Source of the DNA: Candidatus Hadarchaeales archaeon
GTDB lineage: Archaea > Hadarchaeota > Hadarchaeia > Hadarchaeales > Hadarchaeaceae
Direction: 5' to 3'
Assembly (NCBI GenBank): GCA_038851075.1
Contig: JAWCLG010000005.1
Coordinates: forward strand, 2,308-66,307
Length of the DNA: 64,000 nt
Part shown: positions 56,881-64,000 of the stretch, one piece after another
Numbering within the stretch: the first letter of the stretch is position 1
Layout of the letters: every line of letters begins with the position of its first letter
Position numbers and translations under genes: made by a program
Notes under the pieces: model-generated
Databases searched by the model: none
What the model was told of the DNA's origin: nothing
The model's input: only the letters and a program-made list of their open reading frames with translations

Positions 56881-58986
56881 TCACGGAGCGCTTTTGTCCT
56901 CATTTTCTTGATTCTCACGTTGGCTTTTTCTCGTGTTCCACCCTTCCTTCGTCTCGCAGCTGAGATTCAGGCACATTTTGTAGGGTCTTCTTCCAGGTCT
57001 TATAACTTGGATAACCGGAGCCCCGCACTTCCCGCACGTCTTGTTCAGGGCCGCAATGGTGCCGACCTGCGGAAGCGGAAACGTCTGATCGCACTTTGGA
57101 TAGTTCGAACATCCGGCGAATCGCTTCCGGCTGGTTCTGGAAACGACAACCCTGAGCTCACCGCCGCACTTCTGGCATTTTCCAAGAACCCTCTGCCTGA
57201 TGCGCGTCCGCCTGTATGCCTCTGCCAGTTCTCTTCCGACGCTTATCTGGTTCTCCCTGAACTTTGAAAGGATCCTGTCTAGTTCAGCACGTGCCCTGGC
57301 TATCACCTCGTCCCTGGTCTTCTTGCCCTCCTGTATTGCATCCATCTCGCGCTCAAACTCTGCGGTTAGCTCCTCGCTTGCTATCTCCGGGCAGTATTTG
57401 AGAATGGCCTCCACCACAGCCAGACCCAGATCCGTGACGGTTATCTGTGATCCTTGAATGTAGTCCCTCTCGTAAAGATGCTGAACAATTGCAGCCCTCG
57501 TGCTCTTGGTTCCGATACCGATTTCCTCCATCTTCTTAACGATGGATGCAGGGTTATACCGCGGCGGAGGTTGCGTTTCCTTCTCTTCGAGAACGATGTC
57601 CTTCACCGCCAGCGTGTCGCCCTCTTTCATATTGGGAAGAACCATCTCCTCGGAGGCCCCGTACTGGCCATAGTACTCCAGCCAACCCTCCCGAATTACC
57701 CTGCGGCCGTGAATCAGGAATGGCTCACCTCCGACATTCAGTTCCACCTTCATTCCTTCGAGGATGGCGGGCTCACCGAAAACCGACAGGAAGCGCCTGG
57801 CTATCAGGTCATAGAGCCTGCGGTGCTGGCCGGATATTCCTCCGGGGTTTTCTCCGGTTGGGTGTATAGACGGGTGTGCCGGATCGCTTTTCTTCCCCTC
57901 GTTCGGAATGAGCTTTGGCATCGCGAGGAGGCCATGTGCGAGTTTTTTGTAGTCCTCGATCTCTCCGAGTTTTTTCACTATCTTCTCGTATCCTATTGTG
58001 ACCGGCAGCTTCTGGCTCGAAGTCCTGGGGTAAGAGATAAGTCCGGCAAGGTATAGGTCCTGGGCCAGCTGTTGCGTCCTCATGGGTGTGTACCCGAAGC
58101 ATCTGTAAGCTTCAGCCTGGAGCGTCCCGAGGTCGAACGGTACGGGAGGAAGACGCCTGTACTGCCTGAGATGAACAGATGATACCTTTGCCGGTTTCCC
58201 TTTGCAGACCTCGAGCACCCTCTGAGCCTGCCCCCTGTCAAAGAATCTGGGTGTGGCGTGGGCGGCGGAGATCTCCTCGCCAGAGACGTCAAGCAGAAGC
58301 GTGATCGTCCAGTAGGGTTCCGGCCTGAAAGCGCTTATCTCCTTTTCTCGGTCCGCCAGTATCTTCAGGGTGGGAGTCTGGACCCTTCCGGCTGAGAGCT
58401 TGGCGAAACGCTGTTCTGCAGCCTTCACCGCAGAACTGAGCGCCAGCGAGGTGTTTATTCCCCAGTACCAGTCCATCACGTGTCTGGCGATCCCGGCATC
58501 TATCTGCTCGAAATCCAGCCGTGGCATCGGGTTCTCGTATGAGCACCGGAGTTCCTCCGCGGTCAGAGTTGAGAATTTCATGCGCTTTGCGCGTTTAACG
58601 GCATCTTCACCGCAGAGATACTTCAGAATCATGAAGGCTATAACCGATCCCTCGATGTCGAAATCGCAGGCCGAAATGTAATCCGTTGCATTCGCCGCCA
58701 ACTCTCTTATCGCTTCAACGAAAACCCTTATTCGGGATGCCCTTCTGTCGGCTTCATAAACCGGCACCCAGTCCACATCATAAATCGGATAGTTGCGCAT
58801 TGGCTTGGTGTTCTTGAGGGTGAAGAGGTGTCCGAGCGCGGGCACCACCACACACTGATTTTCATCAATGCTGAATTCATAGTATGGCACGCCTTTCAAT
58901 TTTTTCTCTACGGATTTTCCCCCAGAGATCGCCGAGGCGATCTTCGCGGCGGCCATGGGTTTTTCACATATTATCAGAGTTTTCAT
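56881..58986 (-). CDS. topA: DNA topoisomerase I (type IA)
   Basis: LIICEKP, GHL, ACDFDIEG, SAGRVQTP, ISYPRT (catalytic Tyr) and AHPSIHPTG motifs, plus C-terminal Zn ribbons. Confidence 0.97.
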   Translation of the reverse strand: MKTLIICEKPMAAAKIASAISGGKSVEKKLKGVPYYEFSIDENQCVVVPALGHLFTLKNTKPMRNYPIYDVDWVPVYEADRRASRIRVFVEAIRELAANATDYISACDFDIEGSVIAFMILKYLCGEDAVKRAKRMKFSTLTAEELRCSYENPMPRLDFEQIDAGIARHVMDWYWGINTSLALSSAVKAAEQRFAKLSAGRVQTPTLKILADREKEISAFRPEPYWTITLLLDVSGEEISAAHATPRFFDRGQAQRVLEVCKGKPAKVSSVHLRQYRRLPPVPFDLGTLQAEAYRCFGYTPMRTQQLAQDLYLAGLISYPRTSSQKLPVTIGYEKIVKKLGEIEDYKKLAHGLLAMPKLIPNEGKKSDPAHPSIHPTGENPGGISGQHRRLYDLIARRFLSVFGEPAILEGMKVELNVGGEPFLIHGRRVIREGWLEYYGQYGASEEMVLPNMKEGDTLAVKDIVLEEKETQPPPRYNPASIVKKMEEIGIGTKSTRAAIVQHLYERDYIQGSQITVTDLGLAVVEAILKYCPEIASEELTAEFEREMDAIQEGKKTRDEVIARARAELDRILSKFRENQISVGRELAEAYRRTRIRQRVLGKCQKCGGELRVVVSRTSRKRFAGCSNYPKCDQTFPLPQVGTIAALNKTCGKCGAPVIQVIRPGRRPYKMCLNLSCETKEGWNTRKSQRENQENEDKSAP

Positions 58987-59130
58987 GGTCTTCAGTTTTA
59001 TTTTCAAAGAGCAAATAGATATTGGTGTCGGCTCTCATGGTCTTTCTACTGGGCAGCTTCGGTCCATCAGTCGCAGCAAATAGTCTTTTACCGATTTACT
59101 CCAGATGTTATAATGCAATGATGGGATAAA

Positions 59131-59402
59131 GGCCGCAGGAATCGAGAGCTGGCGTGATCAGTGATCGTCGGTGCATCACTGCGGCGACACCTGAGCGCAC
59201 CCGCCGAGAACCACGCCAAATTGGGTCCTTCGGGGAGTTATTGGCGGGATCGTCTATCGATGACCCTGAAGACAACCCTGGCGTGTAACAGGCGGGCCGG
59301 GCCCCCGGGAAAAACCCTGCCATCGAGGGTTAGCGGGCGGAGTGCGTCGGAACGACAGTCCGTGAGGCTCGCTGTTAGTTGTGCCAGGGACATCGGGGGC
59401 CC
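59131..59402 (+). ncRNA. Candidate structured intergenic RNA element (~270 nt)
   Basis: Multiple 7-9 bp helices, a C(UUCG)G loop and crossing helices. G-U wobbles work only on the plus strand. TTATAA lies upstream. No credible ORF. Confidence 0.45.
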
Positions 59403-59404
59403 GT

Positions 59405-59914
59405 TTAATATTGAATGCCCCTTGTGGTCTGGATCTTCTTCGGATGCTTGATGTCCACAACCTCGTTCACGAATTCAGCCCTTTCAATCAGCTCCTTGGG
59501 GGCGTATCTGCCGGTGAGAAATACGTCCGTTCCCTCAGGTAGCCGGTCCAAAAACTCTATAACTTCTTTCACGTCGATGAGTTTGCAGTGCACCGCCAGG
59601 TTTATTTCGTCCAGGATGAGAAGATGCGGTTTTTTCTCCTCCACGATTTTTTTTGCGAACTCGAGCCCTTTTCTCACAAGCTTTTTGTCTCTCTCATCCA
59701 GGTTTTTGAGGCCGACCCACCCCCTCCTTCCGAACTGATATATCTCGTAATACGGTTTGAGCCTGTCCCTGATTTTGTATTCTCCGACGTTTTTCCACCA
59801 CTTCATGAACTGTATCACGACAACCTTCCGACGATGTCCGACGGATCTCAGTGCGGCGCCGAGAGCGTTTGTGGTCTTTCCACCTCCGGTTCCGGTGTAG
59901 AGATACACTGCCAT
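59405..59914 (-). CDS. cobO: Cob(I)yrinic acid a,c-diamide / cob(I)alamin adenosyltransferase (CobO/BtuR type)
   Basis: YTGTGGGKTTNALG.ALR..GH, IQFMK, LDEINLA and TGRYAP motifs. Confidence 0.92.
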   Translation of the reverse strand: MAVYLYTGTGGGKTTNALGAALRSVGHRRKVVVIQFMKWWKNVGEYKIRDRLKPYYEIYQFGRRGWVGLKNLDERDKKLVRKGLEFAKKIVEEKKPHLLILDEINLAVHCKLIDVKEVIEFLDRLPEGTDVFLTGRYAPKELIERAEFVNEVVDIKHPKKIQTTRGIQY

Positions 59915-59918
59915 CCCA

Positions 59919-62030
59919 TCACCCGCTTGTGGGACACACTCCGGCCATGCACCCGCCCGCGTATTCAGGGTCGGCTGACGAGTATCCTGATTTTTTCTCG
60001 AGCCCCCCGATGTAAAGAACCTGCTCCGTCCTGCTTCCGTATCTGTACACGGTTATCCCTTTGCACCTGAGTTTCCACGCCATCATGTACACCTTTTTCA
60101 CGTCTTCTGGTGTCGCGCTGGGGGGCAGGTTTATCGTCTTCGAAACGGCGTTATCTGCGTATTTCTGGAAAGCCGCCTGCATCCTGACGTGCCATTCCGG
60201 GGCCATGTCCAGAGCAGTTACAAAAATCCTCCTGATGTCCCTCGGTATCTCTCTGATCTTCTGAACCGAACCGCTTCTCGCTATCTTTTCAAGCAGCCTT
60301 CCGCTGTATATCCCTCTCTCCTTGGCGATCTTTTCGAACATGGGATTTATCTCGAAAAGCCTGCTGCCCTCCAGCACCTTCCTCATGAAACTTACTGCGA
60401 AAAGCGGCTCTATCCCGGAAGAGCACCCGGCTATTATTGAGATGCTCCCTGTTGGGGCAATGCTGGTCACGGTCGCGTTTCTCATTGCATCGTGTGATTC
60501 CCGCCAGACGCTTTTCTCAAAGTTTGGAAATGAACCGCGTTTTCTTCCCAGCTCCGCGGATTTTTCGCGCGCTTTTTGTGATATGAACTTCATTACCTTC
60601 TCCGCGAGACGCACGGCTTTATCGGAGTCGTATGGAATCTCGAGCCTTATCAGAAGATCGGCCCACCCCATCACGCCCAAGCCTATCTTCCTGTTATCCT
60701 TGGTCATGCGCTCTATTTCGGGCAGCGGATATCTGTTGGCATCTATAACGTTGTCCAAGAAATGCACTCCGATTTTTACCGTGCGCTCTATTTTTTCCCA
60801 GTCAATCCCGTTTTTTCCGTCTTTAACCTTCACCATTTTTGATAGATTAATGCTTCCAAGGTTGCATGATTCATTGGGAAGAAGGTTTACCTCTCCACAT
60901 GGATTTGTTGCCTCTATCCTCCCTATCGATGGTGTGGGATTCCGCCTGTTAATCTCGTCTATAAATAGCACTCCAGGATCCCCGCAGCTCCAGGCGCTCT
61001 TCACCATCAGCTCCCATATGTCCCTGGCCCTGATTTTTTTGACGTATTTTCCGGTTCTCGGGTTGATGAGCGAATATTCTCCGTCATTTTCGACGGCTTT
61101 CATAAAATCGTCCGTCACGGCCACGGACAGGTTAAAGTTCTTCAGGTAGTTTTCCCTGAGCTTTGCCGTTATGAACTCTTCGATGTCGGGATGGTCAACC
61201 CGGAGGATGCCCATCATTGCACCCCTCCTCTTCCCGCCGGCCTTGATCGTCTCCGTGACGGTGTCGAACACCCTCATGAATGAAACGGGCCCCGAGGCGA
61301 CTCCTTTTGTGGACCTTACTAGGTCTCCCTTCGGCCTGATTTTAGAAAAGTCGAACCCGACACCGCCACCGCTCTTTTCTATTATGGCGGCGTTCTTCAC
61401 CGCAGTGAATATGCTTTCGAGTGAGTCCTCGATCGGGAGCACGAAGCACGCGCTCAGCTGTCCCAGGGGAGCTCCGGCATTGAAAAGCGTCGGAGAGTTA
61501 GGCAGGAATTCCAGTCTGCTCAGCGCTCCGTAGAATTCCCCGTAGCTTTTCTTCCAGTCCTCACCGTAGAGGGAATCAACCTTTGCAATGGTTTCGGCAA
61601 CCCGGTGGAACATCTGGGAAGGGGTCTCGATTATTTCTCCGTCCTCGTTTCTCAGCAGATATCTGTTTCTCAGCACCTCGAGGGCATTTACCGTCAGCTT
61701 CGGTTCCCTGTCGATCCCGAGCTTCTCCCTGAGGGCCCTTATCTCCTCCTTTTTCTTCCTGTACGCGAGGTACTCGGCGGCGACCTTCCCGTATCCGTTT
61801 TTTTTCAGCGCCTCGATTACCGCGTCCTGCGCGTCCTCGACCGAAGGTATCTTTCCGGCGGATTTTTTCTCAAGAATCCGCACGGCCTCATCAGAAAGCC
61901 TCCTAGCGATGCGTCCGTTCTTTTCGGCAACGGCCAGCATCGCCCTGTGTATCGCGTCTGTTATCCTGCTCTGGTCGAACTTTACGTTCCTGCCGTCGCG
62001 CTTTTTTATCATGCGTATGGGCAAGCCCAC
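59919..62030 (-). CDS. nrdJ: Adenosylcobalamin-dependent (class II) ribonucleotide reductase with ATP cone
   Basis: IKKRDGR ATP cone, FLPNSPTLFNAG, LSACFV, GGGVG, RRGAMM, TNPCGE, ESCNLGS, IAPTGSIS and YRYGSR motifs. Confidence 0.96.
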   Translation of the reverse strand: MGLPIRMIKKRDGRNVKFDQSRITDAIHRAMLAVAEKNGRIARRLSDEAVRILEKKSAGKIPSVEDAQDAVIEALKKNGYGKVAAEYLAYRKKKEEIRALREKLGIDREPKLTVNALEVLRNRYLLRNEDGEIIETPSQMFHRVAETIAKVDSLYGEDWKKSYGEFYGALSRLEFLPNSPTLFNAGAPLGQLSACFVLPIEDSLESIFTAVKNAAIIEKSGGGVGFDFSKIRPKGDLVRSTKGVASGPVSFMRVFDTVTETIKAGGKRRGAMMGILRVDHPDIEEFITAKLRENYLKNFNLSVAVTDDFMKAVENDGEYSLINPRTGKYVKKIRARDIWELMVKSAWSCGDPGVLFIDEINRRNPTPSIGRIEATNPCGEVNLLPNESCNLGSINLSKMVKVKDGKNGIDWEKIERTVKIGVHFLDNVIDANRYPLPEIERMTKDNRKIGLGVMGWADLLIRLEIPYDSDKAVRLAEKVMKFISQKAREKSAELGRKRGSFPNFEKSVWRESHDAMRNATVTSIAPTGSISIIAGCSSGIEPLFAVSFMRKVLEGSRLFEINPMFEKIAKERGIYSGRLLEKIARSGSVQKIREIPRDIRRIFVTALDMAPEWHVRMQAAFQKYADNAVSKTINLPPSATPEDVKKVYMMAWKLRCKGITVYRYGSRTEQVLYIGGLEKKSGYSSADPEYAGGCMAGVCPTSG

Positions 62031-62058
62031 GCACCACTATAAGTCGGTTTCATGTGGT

Positions 62059-62715
62059 TTAATCCTTCTTTTTCGGATTCAGGCGCTGAGAGGTCACCCA
62101 GGATTTTCTGGCAAATGGCGGAAGCTCTCCGTGCTCCTCCACCCATCTGCTGATGAATGAGATGGTTCTGGGATCTGAGGGATATCCGGACCCGAAGTCC
62201 CCATATTTCTCGCGAAGCTCCGATATTCTCGCGTCACGCCTGACCTTGGCCACTATCGAAGCCGCGCCGACAGCGGTGTACTTCCTGTCTGCGGCGTTCT
62301 CCACCACCAGCTCCGTTCCGCTTTTCATGTTCTTTCTAATCCTTCGCTCGAAAGTTGATGGATCCGGATCGGCGGCGTCAACGTATGCGATGTCGGGTCT
62401 CAGCGCGTCTATTATGCCTGCGAACTTCATCGCCTCCAGCTCGTTCAGGTTCACGTTTTCTTCCATTCTTAGTCTGTCTATCTCCTGAGGCTGTATCTCC
62501 ACGATTTCAATCCTTCTTGCGATGCTTCTTATCTCTCGGTCCAGCATCTCTCTCCTGCGCGGAGTCAGGAGCTTGGAGTCCCTTACACCAATATCGCCAA
62601 GCTTTTTCAGGTTCTCCCGGTCAAACATGGCTCCGCAGATAACCATGGGGCCAAAAACAGGTCCGCGTCCGGCCTCGTCCAGACCAGCTATGATCTTTTT
62701 TGATGGGTCGTACAT
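62059..62715 (-). CDS. rnhB: Ribonuclease HII
   Basis: GLDEAGRGPVFGPMV, DSKLL, YVDA, AASIVAKV.RD and GSGYPSDPRT motifs; ATG 62715 is the likely start. Confidence 0.97.
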   Translation of the reverse strand: MYDPSKKIIAGLDEAGRGPVFGPMVICGAMFDRENLKKLGDIGVRDSKLLTPRRREMLDREIRSIARRIEIVEIQPQEIDRLRMEENVNLNELEAMKFAGIIDALRPDIAYVDAADPDPSTFERRIRKNMKSGTELVVENAADRKYTAVGAASIVAKVRRDARISELREKYGDFGSGYPSDPRTISFISRWVEEHGELPPFARKSWVTSQRLNPKKKD

Positions 62716-62811
62716 CGGGTTCCAAGAAAAATATCCTCGTGGTGCGTAAAAGGTGCCCGGTTTCCAGTGACAAGCATCTTTTTTATCCGTCAGACCACCT
62801 GTAATGAGGAG

Positions 62812-63474
62812 ATGGTTTTGAGGGTCCAGGACATCGGCGTTCTGGCGCTGGGCTCGCACAGGGAAAGACACGGCTCCGCGCTACCTGAGGACATAGATGC
62901 GAAGCTGGCAGCCCATGTCGCCCTGGAGGCCGCAAAGCGCACTGGCGCGAAATTCATCGGCATAGTGCTGAGCTCTTATGAGTTGCCGGGAATAGATACG
63001 GGAACGCACAATTCGCTTGACGAGGTTGTTGGCGAGCTTACCGATGTCCTGAAAAGGGCGGTCCTGACGCTGGGCCTGAGGGCGGCTGTTGTTGTTAACG
63101 GTCATGGTGGAAACAATCCTGTCGGTGGGAGAATTCCGGAGTTGGAGCGGGAGGTCGGCATACCGCTCAGGTTCAACTCCAGGATAATAGAGCTGGAGGG
63201 CCCCCACGCTGGCACCGGAGAGGCCAGCATGGCAGCCGCGATTGGAATCGCCGACGAGAAAAAGCTGAAGGAGCACTGTGACCCCGACAGATATCCCGAG
63301 GTCGGATTTGTGGGGCTCAGGGAAGCGAGAGAGCGATATGGATGGGCGGAGAAACAGGCGAGGGAGGTCGAGTCGAAAGGAGTGGAAATAGACAGGAGAA
63401 TGGGAACCAGAATGGTTGAAGATGCGGTACGCTCTGTTGTCAGGGATGTGGAGCACCTCAAGAAGGGGGATTAA
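62812..63474 (+). CDS. arfB: 2-amino-5-formylamino-6-ribosylaminopyrimidin-4(3H)-one 5'-monophosphate deformylase (creatininase family)
   Basis: IGVLALGSH.E.HG.ALP.D.DAK.A..VAL.A..RTGAKFIG, NGHGGN, HAG..E and YPEVGFVGLREAR resemble Methanocaldococcus ArfB (recognised by eye). Confidence 0.85.
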   Translation: MVLRVQDIGVLALGSHRERHGSALPEDIDAKLAAHVALEAAKRTGAKFIGIVLSSYELPGIDTGTHNSLDEVVGELTDVLKRAVLTLGLRAAVVVNGHGGNNPVGGRIPELEREVGIPLRFNSRIIELEGPHAGTGEASMAAAIGIADEKKLKEHCDPDRYPEVGFVGLREARERYGWAEKQAREVESKGVEIDRRMGTRMVEDAVRSVVRDVEHLKKGD

Positions 63475-64000
63475 CCTGGGAACGGGGTTACTGGGAAAAG
63501 TGAAGGTTGGAGGCAGCGAGCCTGTCGCCGTGATGGGAGTGATAAACCTCAGCAGCGATTCGTTTTTTCGCGGTTCGGTTGTAAGAACAGATGAGGTTCT
63601 TCCGCGCGCCAGAGAGATGGTTGAGGAGGGCGCGAAGATCGTCGATGTTGGAGCAATGGCCACGGGGCCCAGGTCAAGTCCGGTTCCGCAGGAACTCGAA
63701 CTAAAGCTTCTCATCCCGGCAGTTAAAAGTATAGCGAAGGAGCTCGACGTCACGGTATCGGTTGACACTCAAAGGTCAGAGGTCGCAGCGGCTGCGATAT
63801 CTGCCGGAGCTTCCGTGGTGAACGATGTGACCGGGCTGAAGGGAGATCTGGGCATGGTTGAGGTTCTAAAGCGCACCGGGTCATCGGCGATTCTGATGGC
63901 CGCAAGGAGGCTCCCCGGTGACGTTCTGGGCATTGCAGAAATAAAGAATGCCTTGAGAAGGAGCCTGGACATATGCAGTGAACATGGAGTAAGCCTCAGG
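63446..64000 (+). CDS. folP: Dihydropteroate synthase (3'-truncated by window edge; start uncertain)
   Basis: Not in the ORF track because it has no stop. Manual translation gives LGKVKVGGSEPVAVMGVINLSSDSFF...GAKIVDVGAMATGP...SVDTQRSEVA...GASVVNDVTGL...ILMA. Confidence 0.88.
   Translation, partial: MWSTSRRGINLGTGLLGKVKVGGSEPVAVMGVINLSSDSFFRGSVVRTDEVLPRAREMVEEGAKIVDVGAMATGPRSSPVPQELELKLLIPAVKSIAKELDVTVSVDTQRSEVAAAAISAGASVVNDVTGLKGDLGMVEVLKRTGSSAILMAARRLPGDVLGIAEIKNALRRSLDICSEHGVSLR

Noticed and set aside
59131-59220. HDV-like ribozyme (the P1/P2 crossing resembles it)
   Set aside because: No 3-bp P3 with a canonical L3, no P1.1 GG and no typical J4/2 could be fitted.
59108-59460. ORFs 59108-59323, 59161-59451 and 59254-59460
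   Set aside because: They have no recognisable motifs, show the Arg/Pro/Ser-rich composition of GC-rich non-coding DNA, and overlap each other and cobO.
1-64000. Long antisense ORFs (for example 910-1554, 6240-7136, 23942-24841, 39653-40414, 60322-61149, 62881-63768), inteins and mobile elements
   Set aside because: The antisense ORFs are shadows of well-supported genes on the opposite strand. RadA, RFC, TopA, NrdJ and Cdc48 have normal lengths with no intein motifs, and no transposase or integrase motifs were seen.

Overview
This is an archaeal chromosome segment made up almost entirely of housekeeping genes. Gene order and content resemble Methanobacteria, Thermococci or Hadarchaeota, but the lineage is an inference that cannot be confirmed from the sequence alone. 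From 1 to 13 kb lies the conserved information-processing superoperon (dph2, csl4, rpoL, DUF99, signal peptidase, NUDIX, tfs, RPA14-like, pcna, priL, priS, gins, rpl44e, rps27e, aIF2a, nop10, PAC2, EndoQ, ferredoxin, GGR). The rest of the window contains aspS (non-discriminating type), alba, trm1, rlmE, queD/queE, proC, sua5, glmM, gatCAB, PAN, hflX, tfe, pheTS, thiL, pth2, cdc48, radA, RPA, serB, class II HMG-CoA reductase, ileS, rfcS, topA, cobO, nrdJ, rnhB, arfB and a partial folP. There are two tRNA genes, Thr(GGT) and Arg(TCT). I found no CRISPR array, transposase, integrase or intein. Five signals are not explained by the ORF track. (1) A ~231-nt, highly structured minus-strand RNA candidate at 42440-42670 has its own TATA box, a 9-bp terminal helix and a T6 terminator, and it carries an internal copy of its own promoter sequence. 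(2) Divergent from it, an operon encodes an orphan Cas2/VapD-like protein translationally coupled to Cdc48, with its TATA box bracketed by two palindromic operator-like boxes. (3) The tRNA-Arg(UCU) gene has two BHB introns, one of them at the non-canonical 29/30 position. (4) A second ~270-nt structured, pseudoknot-capable intergenic element lies at 59131-59402. (5) PCNA probably starts at a CTG codon. All family calls come from motif recognition by eye; no database searches or folding programs were run.
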